DNA from: Phoronis australis
Taxonomy: Eukaryota; Animalia; Phoronida
Direction of reading: 5' to 3'
DNA length: 64,000 bases
Assembly (NCBI GenBank): GCA_002633005.1
Contig: NMRA01000433.1
Coordinates: forward strand, 124,001 to 188,000
Shown piece after piece: positions 37,901-48,964 of this stretch. Below the pieces are notes generated by a model. The model searched no databases. It was given only the letters and a program-made list of their open reading frames with translations, and was not told the DNA's origin. A program made the position numbers and the translations under genes. How positions within the stretch are numbered: the first letter of the stretch is position 1; each line of letters starts with the position of its first letter.

Positions 37901-40900
37901 TCACAGTCCCAAAACAATTTTCCAAGTGTGGTGGTTTTTGCCTGATACATCATTCAATCATTAGTTTTCGAAAAGATTCGCAATGTTATACAGTTGATGG
38001 ACTCGAGAAATATCTTTTGTCCCATGCATGTGTGCTTTACAAAAGGTCGCAGTCCCAAATTATATCTGCATTTCGCCCTTTTTAGGTAAAACACAAAAAT
38101 CGAGTGAGACCTCTTACTGACAGAACACCAGCCTCGCAATTTTGTTACCAGGACAGGACTTGTTTTCTGTTATCAACAAGAACATACAAACCTTTTAACA
38201 GGTGAAGAAAAGTGTCTGAAAATCGTCAATTGGTGATGGCCGACCTTAAAATTCGAAAATGGTACCCAGGAAACAAAAAGGTCATTCACGTGATACAACA
38301 CTGACCATTTTCTGTTAGTACAGCTATTGCTTTTTTGTTTTTTTGTTTTTATTTTTTTTGTGAAACGCACCTTTGAGTGCGCGAACGTAAAATAAAGCCG
38401 CTTAAAAACTACCATAACATCCGTTCACTATTTTGTAGTCGTTTATGTCTGCCAACAGGTTTCATGCAGATTAATTTTATTAAAATATCTTGACCCGATG
38501 AAGTACCAGCGGTAGATCCAGGATTTTGAGTTGGGGGGGCAGGGCACAGGAATAACCAGAATTTCGGCAGATGCGCGCGCCAAGCCTAAACTGTAGGGAT
38601 GTAGGAGTCTCGAATTTTGGGGTTTGCGGACCTTTTGACTAAAAAAACACGGTAAAAGGAGTTTGTTCAGGGCCTATACATTGTTTATTCAACCCCCGAG
38701 CCCCCCTGGTTGCGCGCATGTGCTAGTCAGCAATTCGCACTCGAACTGCCAAATGGTATCTGGTAGAATTACAAACGGACTTTGCGAAGAGCACAGTTTC
38801 CGCGGTACACCCTGCTTCATTGCACATTGCAACAACCAAAGGCATTGTTTTACATGGAAAAACTATTTCCAAGGTTTTAGCAGATTTTGGCTCTTCGCAC
38901 TGTGTCAATGAGTTCTTTTTTCCGAGGGATTATGCTTTGTCACATCAAGGATTGTGTCATCTATGTTGGTGATGAGACTTTATCTGTAGTCTCGATCACA
39001 AACGCTGTAAATCTGTAAAGCGGCAAAAATGAAACTATTACCAAGGACGAGAATGACTGGTTTTTTCAACATCTGTTACAGACAAAATGCACAGAATTGG
39101 CAGAAAAAGTTGCTAAGGATTGGCAACTCTGGCTCCGTGAGTTCGTCGAGATTCAGCGCCAAGAAGTCTACAAAGATACTTGTGCACGGCTGGTTGGGCG
39201 GCTTCGGTGGCTGGAGCCTGAGGTTGAAGAACGCCCTTCTTTCAAAGGTTCGTTTCAAGACCCGACGATTGGTTAGCAACATGTTGTACGTAATATTGGG
39301 CTCCAACACCGCTAAAAAACGCATAAAAATAACGTGAGGTTTCTCATGTGCTGCAGCAATAACAGTGTCAGCTATTTTTACTTTTTTTCGTTACGTCACA
39401 CGTGTCCAAGGACACAGATACAGTACTTACAATGTACATGTTTCAAGCAGGTGTTTGATACAAACTGCTGGATTTGTGGCTCATCTCCGCTTTTGGTCAA
39501 ACAGCGGATCAACGGTACCAAGTCAATTTATATTGTAAAAGGATAAATCCACGCATTCAGTCAAAAGCCAACTGTTATTTTAGCCACCGAGGGCTGTAAA
39601 AGTTGTCTCATCTTGTTTCTTACATTGAATGGAAATGATTCCTACCCTTAAGGTTATGTCCATCCTTATTTAGTGGCCTCCATTCTAACACTTATATCAA
39701 AAAAACTAAGCTTTGTCAACTAGTAAAAGTAAATATTTTCTGAAAGAACAAAGACCAGGAAATATAAATATACTTTGTATATTTATTTGTCCTTATTATT
39801 TTTACGTAAAAAGCTTTTTAAGTAAAAATTTCTTTTTTAAGAAAGGTACATTCATAGCAAAATAACCCCTCGGTCGATTTTATCGAAACCTTTTTTAAAT
39901 AAAAACTTCACCAATTACCTCAAAAACGCTGTTAGGAATTTTCGATTAGTTTGTTCGTTTGGTTTCTATGACAAATCAACTCGCAAAACGTAAGGTATTT
40001 TTGTAAAAAATTGAAGACGTATTCGTCTTTGTCACATTACACAAAAACTAAGCTTTTATATCACAAATCCTAACACCGTTTTTGAGATTGCTGACTAAGT
40101 ATTAAGTTTGGAAAGTTTCAGCGATATCCATCGAGCCATTTTCGAGAACTCGTGTTCCTAAGATCAAATAAAGTCGATTTGCCGAAGCCGAGAAAAGGCC
40201 GATTAAACTAGGACAAGTAAAAATCTCTAAGTCTTTGGTTAATTATTCTGTGAAAACTTGTTTTCGGTATACATAACCTATAGAATCCTTAACTATGTCA
40301 CTTATTTCAATCTACTTTTGCAGTGCGTAACTAACTTAAAGGCGAAGGCAACCCTTTTCCATGTCATTTTGAGCTAAAATAAGGTTGGTTGGTTATCCTA
40401 GACATATTTTCCACTTAATTACAGCTTTTCGTAATTTTATAAATTACTCGTCCGCTACTCCGGAAGTGACGTTNNNNNNNNNNNNNNNNNNNNNNNNNNN
40501 NNNNNNNNNNNNNNNNNNNNNNNNNNNNNNNNNNNNNNNNNNNNNNNNNNNNNNNNNNNNNNNNNNNNNNNNNNNNNNNNNNNNNNNNNNNNNNNNNNNN
40601 NNNNNNNNNNNNNNNNNNNNNNNNNNNNNNNNNNNNNNNNNNNNNNNNNNNNNNNNNNNNNNNNNNNNNNNNNNNNNNNNNNNNNNNNNNNNNNNNNNNN
40701 NNNNNNNNNNNNNNNNNNNNNNNNNNNNNNNNNNGAATTGCACGCTCTGGGGTACGTTCGGAGGCACGGGTGACAGTAGATGAAGTGCCTCCACTGGCTC
40801 CAGTCACTGTACTGGCCACAGCTCGCGAGGCTTCTCGCTTCAAAAACGCACTTCTCGGGGGTGGCGACGGGGCACTGCCGGGAATCAACACAGACGGAAT

Positions 40901-43900
40901 GGCATCCTTCCTCAGACGTTGTTTCGCAGGGACCTTCATCAGTTCAGCGTACAGATCCCTTTCGTAATCGGACGGCAGAAAGTGCTTGCCACACACACAC
41001 ACGGTAATTCTCCACTGCTTTGTACGTTGCTTGGACGGGTAACGCTGCGTTCTTCACACGAACGAGCCAAGTACGGCGAAGTGTGTCATCCATCGGAAAG
41101 CGATGCAAAGGTACTCCCAAAGCGCGCGTGAGCAGATAATTAGTACATCCTGGTACGCAGCAACATTGTGGCATGTTGACTGACTAGTAAATGAAAGCAA
41201 ACGACGACGGAACTTAACACAACCGAGGTAGAACAATGACTGACTCGGCAGCTCTCACAGTCAGACTATATGAAAAGATATTGGCGCGAAATGCTTGCCT
41301 CCTAAAACGTCACTTCCGGAGTAGCGGACGAGTAATTAATAAAATAACGAAAAGCTGTAATTAAGTGGAAAATATGTCTAGGGTAACCAACCAACCTTAT
41401 TTTAGCTCAAAATGACATGGAAAAAGGTTGCCTTGGCCTGTAAATATCATTAAAACCTCAAATAGACCTATCTTTCGCAGCCAACTTTTGCCGTTTTGTA
41501 CGACCTACTTAGAAAAGTAGGTCACAATTCATAGCCTGTACACGTCACGTGCTGGGAGACTGATACCAAACCAAGTAAGAAATGGATAACAAAAATTGAA
41601 TTGGTGGTTAAAGTAAGTCGTTAACATGAAATCGAAACATCGAAATGTTAACTTAATAACTGAATTAAGGAATAAGGGGGAGGATTTATCTCCTTTCACA
41701 ACTTTCTGTGTTCATGACCAGACTGAGGCCTGAGGCAACTCGTAGCATTTGTTTTCAACGTCAACAGTCGTATGCATGAAGACCCACAACTCCCTTAGGA
41801 TAAAAACTACGTTTTGTATTCGTTTTCCCCGGGACCAGTCTATCATAACCACACCTCGTTGGTTCGATGTTATGGCGAATTTGTGAATGAAAGGACTGAG
41901 AGGGTATACCGAAGCTGTTCTGTACCTGGCAGGAGACTCGATTTACTTGAAAGCCCTTTAACCTTTGACCTTGGATAAGTGCTAAACAAATATCCACGCG
42001 GTTGTGCGGTTCCAAGGTGGTTCTGCTAAATCTTTTTTTCTCGCTACGCAGTATATATTTCGTATTTGAAGTTCCCCGAGAATGAGGATAAGGTATTTTG
42101 CTAGACACAAGAGAAATTTTGTAAAAATGGCCAATTTTTGTGAATGAGGTTGGAAATATCCTTAATAGGAACTGACACGTCACTAATGCATCAAATCCAT
42201 GAGCGGCGCAGCACTGAAAAAAGGAGTTTATAGCCCCCCCCCCCCCTTTATTTTGGTGAGCCCAGGCGGATTAATTTGGTCGCACAGAAAGTGCATGTAT
42301 GGCCTTCAGGTGAATTCTGTTAAATCTTCCGTAAACGATTCCATTTCATACGACTGACATTGTTTTGGAACAGCACATACGCATGCAAAGAAAATCGACA
42401 TCTTTAAATAATAATACAGCAAACCCACTTTCGTGCAAACCCCTTAAGGACCAACTATGCCCATCGATTGGCGTTGTTTATGAGGTCGAAAGAGGGCCGG
42501 TACTTACTTCGCTTTATGCTATACAAGAGCATTTATTTGTGGGCAGAAACCAAAACAGACCCTACCCAACCAGACGTCTGTAATATGTAAAAATAATTGA
42601 GGTAACCCTTATAAAACTAAAGCGTGCATTATTCTTAAAATAGTGGTCGAGCAAGCCTCAATTAATGCACGTCATATTGAGGGGGAAAGCACTGCCCGTT
42701 GGAATACATTGTATAGGCTAACGTGCAAAAACATTGGTTTTCTGACTTTTCTAACGCCACAGTCTGCCGGACCTTCTGCTTTTCACTCAGGCATGACTAG
42801 TTCCGTAGACTAAGTTCTTGCGAGAAAAACAAGATCTCACGAAATCAGACGAACGAATGGCTAGTGTTCTGGGTGTATGCTCTGGGTCTAGCCTATCAAA
42901 ATGGCGGTCACTGAAGTGATTGGTCAGTAAGGTTGGTTTGTTGAATTAGGGAACAGAATTCGTAAATTATGGTAAAAGATTCACGGTTTCCATTCTATAA
43001 GAGATGATTTTTGCAGCGTGTGCAAGCTCGGTCTATACAGAAAGCAACCCTGGCTAGGCGGATTGACTGCATGTACACAGCACCGTGACTAACTCAGTGG
43101 GATGCTTTTTCACAACCTCAGCTTATTTTTTAATCGACTACAAATCTGCCTTCCGTCACAAAAATGTTTAGTCAGCTTGCCGTTATTAAATGGGACTCTA
43201 TCTGTTCCAGAAATAAAACAATTGTGGTGCCTGTGCTTGGAAAGAACTGCCTGCTTGTTATTGTTTGAGAGTGTTGTAGACCATGCAAGGTGACTTTTCA
43301 CGTCGGGGAGTATCTTCATTCTCCGAGTATGATCTCGGAGAATGACGAATTCTCAGTTCTTTGCACGACCAAAAGTCCCTTCGCCCCTGATTAACTACAA
43401 GGCTGAAACCAATTTAATTGCAGAAAGTTGTTTAACAGACATTTATTTTCGTCAACGGAGAGCCGATTCATTGTATCTTTAAATCTAACAGGAAGACGTG
43501 AACGTGATTATTGTGGACTGGGGTAAACTGGCGAAGGGTGATTACATCACTGCGTCCAGGAACACACGCTTTGTCGGGAAGTCTATTGGGCGTCTTGTGG
43601 GTAAGATTTGATAACGAGAGATATTTCAAGTTTCGAGCTACTCAGATAACAACTGAATTTTGCTTCCCCTCCAAACGAACACGCGTCGATATGGCGAGTT
43701 TGGGGTTTAGCGTATTCGAGCCATTTCCTTCGAAAATTGCTGTTTCCTCTTTACGATATCTCAGATTTGCCAATGTAATTACAGTACACAAATTTGAAGT
43801 ATAGTGAAAACTTAGCTAGCACCCTTTTCATTTGATTTATTGTTGTGTTCAGGTGTCTGTCATGTACCAAACTCAATATCTACCTTAGAACACATAAACT

Positions 43901-46025
43901 ATTTTTTCAAAGAGCAAAACTGTTGTACTTGCCAAGAAGTTTCCCTTTTCCGTCTTATCCGTTTGCTACTGTTTTTTATGACTAATCAAAACATTTTATG
44001 TTTTCATTTACTGGAAAACGCAGGCGCCAGTGCAAGGCATGCTGGACACACACGCGTAAATTTTCTTATTGACAAGTAATGCTCGTTACTAGAAAAAATT
44101 ACCTCACGGTCAACATGTCCTGAACTTTGACAGCAAACGAATCGGTATACTAGCTCCAAGTCTTCTATGGAGTTTTCCTCGTAAGCGTATCACTCTAAAT
44201 AAAGCCCGTGTGATCTTAACAAAATGTGTACTGCTATCTTCACCGTTGCTTCATTTTACAGGCACTATTTATGTTTCGATGAATGTTTTGTTTGTTTCTA
44301 ACGACTGAGAATTTGTATTTTTAAGAGTTCCTGGAAAAGACCTCGGGAACTTCAAGGAAAAACATGCATTTGATCGGACATAGTTTAGGTGGTCAGACTG
44401 TTGGTTTCGCCGGCCAGAGTCTCAACCCTCGCCCTGCCAGAGTAACAGGTGCACAACGTAACATGTACTGTATGGTGTATATGAACATGGGCAGAGCAGT
44501 ATTGAAAAAAGTAGAAGCCCCCAAGCCCCCTGTGGTACACCGCCCATAGACCATGGGCAGCGTAGCACTGTACTGAAAAAGTGGGGCGTTTGACAGTTGG
44601 AGACGTTTGGGAATAACTCGTTAAACTGATATGCAGATAAATACGTTGTATAAAGTTGTTCGAAATTTGCATTTTGCGGCTTGGGAAGAACTTTGCTGAG
44701 GATCCTGAGCCCATCCATGCGAAAAGTGAACTTTTTAAAAACGCTTTCTAATAAGGTTTCGAATCCCACCAACCATTTCTGAGTTATGATTTTTATAATT
44801 CATCGAAATGTGCAAATTGTTTTAATGACACGTGCACCTTAATATCTGCCTTATTAGGCCTCGACACTGCTGAGACAAACTTCAACCATCTGGACAGGAA
44901 CGACTACTTGGATCCAACCGATGGAGATTTTGTTGAGGAGATCTACGGAACTGTGTCGAATAACAGATACCTTAAGGGTCACGCCAACTTCTTCCCTAAT
45001 GGGGGAAATGACGACCACATGGTGATTCCTGAGTATTTTATCGCTTCCGTCTATGGCGGGAAGTGCTCCTACCCGGCATACATCTGCAAAGCGGTGGTGA
45101 GTTACACCGGGCGTGCGTTCAATAACGCTGGGATTTACGCTAGGGCCTACATGTAGCGAACATCTAGTAAACGTCACGTGTTCTCATTTAAAATACATGG
45201 CAAAATCTCACGAAATCTAGCGAAGACTTGCTTTTTAGCGAGGTTCTAGCGTTATTGAACGGGAGGCGGATACCCAGTTCATGTTTTAAAGAAAATTCGA
45301 GTGTTGGGAAGAAAATAGCATGGCGCGTGATTCATATTTTTTGTATTTGCTCGTTGCTTAGAAGTGGAGCGCTATCGTTAGACATTAAACTTAACAAGGG
45401 GTCACATAGGCCTATGCGTATGAATATTGTCAACAAGACGTGCAAACTTACTCCTCTGAAAATATTTGTGCCTTCCCAATCACAAATAGGCCCTATGTCA
45501 AAATCTGTGGATTTTTCGTTTCTTGTCTATGATTCCCTTTGATGTTCTTACAGAGTCATGTAGACCGTTTGTCCTATCCACAACACTTCGGGTGTCTGCT
45601 TATCCTCATGCTGCTCATGTGCAGACTTCAGCCAGGGAAAGTCATGTGACTTTCAAACTGGCGAATAATTGGCCTGATGTCAGAAGTTCGCACACGCCTC
45701 CGCGGCGTAACTTGAGGTTCGATGTATTCTGATTACGTCAGGGGTATTTTCGGAGCTTCATTTTTCCACCGCAATGTGAATTTTATCTTTGCATGTGTGG
45801 AAGTCGGTAATAATGAAAGTCACATGACTTTCAAACTCTCCGAGGTGTTCCACACGACCCACAGAGTGCATAACTGGGAACAACTGCTAACGCAACAGCA
45901 TGTGTTATTTGTAGAATGATTGCAAGTACTCAGACGGCAACCACATGGGCTACTTCTCCTTCAAACCAAGCGACACGTTCCAGAAGTCCTACTACCTCTA
46001 TGCCAGCAAAGACAAGCCGTGCTAA
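31947..46025 (+). CDS. Lipase B: secreted pancreatic-lipase/phospholipase A1-family hydrolase, 280 aa, without lid or PLAT domain
   Basis: join(31947..31998,35250..35292,39082..39247,43492..43600,44326..44448,44858..45096,45915..46025) = 843 nt, open, all introns GT-AG. Signal peptide, YYLFTR, ILVHGW, NVIIVDW, HLIGHSLGG, GLDTA, GHANFFPNGGNDDH, NHMGY. Confidence 0.92.
32509..34491. mobile_element. Kolobok-like family 2, copy B (~2 kb, non-autonomous)
   Basis: TTAA + GGTTATCTCCAACCTTA...TAAGGTTGGAGATAATC followed by a TTAA; homologous to 39652-42161. Confidence 0.78.
35250..35292 (+). CDS. Lipase B exon 2
   Basis: tttcag|...|gtgcgt; 43 nt, same length and phases as lipase C exon 2. Confidence 0.87.
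35808..36982. mobile_element. 1175-bp non-autonomous DNA transposon with AT TSD (ISL2EU-like)
   Basis: AT at 35806-35807 and 36983-36984; imperfect TIRs AGGCCTTTTGCGAGTTT / AAACTCGCAAGTGAGCT. The empty site CATGCAATCCACTG is present in copy A (~28671-28684). Confidence 0.82.
39082..39247 (+). CDS. Lipase B exon 3
   Basis: ttacag|...|gttcgt; QNAQNWQKKLLRIGNSGSVSSSRFSAKKSTKILVHGWLGGFGGWSLRLKNALLSK. Confidence 0.9.
40474..40734. other. Assembly gap (N run)
   Basis: Run of N. Confidence 1.
40735..41174 (-). pseudogene. THAP zinc-finger domain of a transposase, frameshifted
   Basis: MPQCCCVPGCTN..PLHRFPMD..LRRTWL..YRV / CGKHFLPSDY..RLRKDAIPSV gives the full C2CH THAP signature, split by a shift in a (GT)n run at ~40990-41003. 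Confidence 0.88.
43492..43600 (+). CDS. Lipase B exon 4
   Basis: taacag|...|gtaaga; EDVNVIIVDWGKLAKGDYITASRNTRFVGKSIGRLV. Confidence 0.93.
44326..44448 (+). CDS. Lipase B exon 5 (catalytic Ser)
   Basis: tttaag|...|gtgcac; EFLEKTSGTSRKNMHLIGHSLGGQTVGFAGQSLNPRPARVTG. Confidence 0.92.
44858..45096 (+). CDS. Lipase B exon 6 (catalytic Asp and His)
   Basis: tattag|...|gtgagt; GLDTAETNF...GHANFFPNGGNDDHMVIPEYFIASVYGGKCSYPAYICKAV. Confidence 0.9.
45915..46025 (+). CDS. Lipase B exon 7 (terminal)
   Basis: ttgtag|; NDCKYSDGNHMGYFSFKPSDTFQKSYYLYASKDKPC*. Confidence 0.92.
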   Translation, partial: NDCKYSDGNHMGYFSFKPSDTFQKSYYLYASKDKPC

Positions 46026-46500
46026 GGTCTAAACGTGTGTAGAATTGTGACGAGCATCAGTGTTTGGATCATCGGTATCACGACATTACATAGATAAAGT
46101 AATACGTGACAAGTTAAATTTCCTGATTGGTTCCAGTAATTTGGTTTTCCCTTGAAATTGTCTTTGTAACTGCTGAGTAAAAGAAATCTTGAAATCTACG
46201 AGCAGTTTACTATACACACTGCTACGTAATAGCATCTCTAACTACTTCGCTGTTATGTAATGACGGTTGTGCACAGAGGTACATGTACCACATTCGTGTC
46301 AGTTTGGGTGGCATTATCCGATGAAAAGGGACAAAAATTTATTAAGAAAACAAAATTCACTGTCTTCCACTCCCAAAATGAATTCTTTCCTTTCTTATTG
46401 CTTGAGTTCGAGTTGCGAAGATCTAACGGGAAGGAATGGCAATTTCCGGTATTTGTGATTGTTAAATGGCATTAAAATATGCATTAATTGTTACAGACAA

Positions 46501-46506
46501 AATAAA
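46501..46506 (+). promoter_or_regulatory. Candidate polyadenylation signal of lipase B
   Basis: AATAAA ~475 bp after the stop codon. Confidence 0.45.
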
Positions 46507-48838
46507 CATTCAGTCACCAAGAATTTACGAGACCGTGTGCCTGTCATTGGGAAGAATCTTTGAAAAACAAAAAGTGTTGTAAGGATCTTTTTGTCTGACA
46601 CGTACCAGGCGTTTTCTCGGAATTATTATGTTGACAAAATCGATAAAATATGTTCTAACGCCTGTTGTCCATCATAAAATAATCTCACTCACCAATATCA
46701 ACCTCGTGGGCATTGGCGCTACCATGAGGGGCTCGGGGGCTCCAATGAGCCCTCCCCCCCAATTTGGCAAATCGGGGCAAAAGGTCCGGCTCAGTGAAAT
46801 AAGAACTCCGAATAAACGAGGCAAAGTCTACAAAGACCACAATAAGTCGGCGCGGATGCACGATTTCCAGGCCGTTTTTTAGTCCCCGTTTATTTTTTTC
46901 AGTAAAAGGTGCGCATATCTCAAAATTCGGACCCCTCTATATTTTATGTGCGCGCATGGTGGATGTTGCATTCGTGGGCACTTGCTGAAAACACATAAAT
47001 CGGTATCAAAGGATATTCGTAAATAAAAATGTCATCCTCATGAAAAAAGCAGCGTTGCATTTCCAAGCGTTTCGCAACAATAAGTCAATCTTCATTAATT
47101 ATTGTATTGGTGATTTGTTCAAATTTGGCGGTGACGCGAGTTTCAATTTTCTCGTGCGTCGTCTGGCTCCACTTCTGGTTGTTTTCATGATTTAGAGTTT
47201 ATTCATACTGAGTTGTCTAGCCCCACGTTTGAAATAACAATAATTCAATATTGTGAGGCAGAAAATCGTTTCATTAGTCTTTTGGAAAACGCAAACTTTC
47301 AACTTTCGAGATATTCAACACCCAAATGTTTAGAATTTGAAGTTGGCGTTGCCGACATTTTCGCTTTCTGTGTGTCTTTCTAGCTCAATGTTGTCAGTTT
47401 CATTTCGAAAGAAATTTGATGCCCAGTTTCTGAGCTGATAATGAGGTCAGTCACTTCAGTTTCTGAGCTGATAAAGAGGTCAGTCACTCCAGTGTGTTCT
47501 ATTATGTCAATCAAACTACATGTACATGTATTAATCGAAATCCATTACGGCGGGGTCGCCCTCCATCTTGTCCAGCAATCATTCGTTTCTAGCGAAAGCA
47601 GAAAGGTAGCTTTTCGATGGCCTTAGCACACTTTCAGTGCAGTCACGCAGTACGCATTTGAAAAACGATAGCAGTGCCAAATATGATATCAACCGAATCC
47701 GAATTATGTTAAGCGTGACCTGACCGTGTTTTTCAGAAATATCCCTTATTAAACGGCAATTACTTAGTTTATTGCCAAAAAGCATTTCTGGGATTATTCG
47801 GTTGTTGGATGGGATAGACTCACTGAATTTATTAGCTTTGATAAAACAATAAAATATGTTGTCTTGTGACTTTATTACAACTCTCTCCGTGTTCTGCCAG
47901 TCATTCACTGAGAGAATGCTGGCCGACTTAACCAGTTAAATACGCTTAAAATGATCTGCAATTTATTCACTGCGTTTAGCCCCGCAAGCCGAGCGAACAA
48001 CTACGAACACGGATTTTCCGGGTGCGATTCTGCGCTGAGATTGATTTAAAAACTCAATTTTCTCGCCGATAATAACTATTTGAAATCATGTCCACTCATG
48101 CTTCTCTGCGCTTTCTGGGTTCACGTAGGATTATACATGCTTGCATAGTTTATTGTTGGTTTCACAATAGTTCATGTTTATGCATCTAAAATATGTTAAG
48201 TTGACTGTGGAGTGTGCACCGACCTTTATGAAAGGTGTGAGTTTTTGTTGTTTCTCAAGGGATCATACTCCTGAATAATACCGTACTGCAAACTTAAGGG
48301 TGAACTCGGGGCCATATAGAGAGGAAAGATAAAACCAGATGCTTTGAAGCTGTCATTGTATTATTTCAATAACCAGATGAGAAAATACAACGTGAAGAAA
48401 ATTGCAGTTTCATGTATCAAGTATTTTTTGACGAAACTGGACAACGCCAATATTCGACTGAATTTCGACGCGCACAACGGTTACCAAATATCTGTTTTTT
48501 GTTTTCAATTGGAATACCTTTCATTTCTGGTTAAGTCATAACAAAATCTCTACACGAGTTGCGTCATGTCTATTATCAAAATCGCAGAAACTTGCTTTAC
48601 AAATCTACAGAAAATGCGCTGCTAAGCGCAAAAAAGTTCCATTAAAGTCCGATAAAAATGGGACAAAAATACTACTTTATTGCGATAAAATGGTGACTTA
48701 AATTGCCGAATAATTATGGCAAGGCATTTGTCCAAGTTTTTCAGTGTGCAAAGTTCTTTCAAAGTCTGTCCAGGTAATTTTGAAAACTACTGTACAAGAT
48801 TTTCTATGCGTACTGTTATTTAGTCTTCACAGCTTTAT

Positions 48839-48964
48839 TTAATTTTTACAAGCGACTTTTTCGTCTGTGTTGCTTGGATCAGCATCTAAGTAGTATTTCG
48901 TGGGAGTCGTTGGTTTGAAGGCGTGATATCCCATGTGGTTGCCATCGCTTGTTTTACATCCGTT
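48839..48964 (-). CDS. Lipase C exon 7 (terminal)
   Basis: tttcag|; NGCKTSDGNHMGYHAFKPTTPTKYYLDADPSNTDEKVACKN*. Confidence 0.92.
   Translation of the reverse strand, partial: NGCKTSDGNHMGYHAFKPTTPTKYYLDADPSNTDEKVACKN

Larger units (their letters stand above)
40340..41439 (-). mobile_element. Nested Kolobok-like element with >=134-bp TIRs and a THAP-domain gene fragment
   Basis: TTAA-AGGCGAAGGCAACC...GGTTGCCTTGGCCT-(G)TAA; the left TIR runs into the N gap. The paralogous empty site GTGCGTAATTAACTTAATTATCATTAAAA lies at ~33767-33795. Confidence 0.88.
39652..42161. mobile_element. Kolobok-like family 2, copy C, host of a nested element
   Basis: TTAA-GGTTATGTCCATCCTTATT...AATGAGGTTGGAAATATCC-TTAA; collinear with 32509-34491 apart from an internal deletion. 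Confidence 0.78.

Noticed and set aside
40385-40794. ORFs spanning the N gaps (also 11373-11892)
   Set aside because: They are open only because N codons contain no stops.
47424-47493. 33-bp direct duplication (also 47-bp at ~5755-5848, ~72-bp at ~24280-24408 and an AAGTATAC run at 51882-51912)
   Set aside because: Simple local slippage duplications in non-coding DNA with no sign of function.
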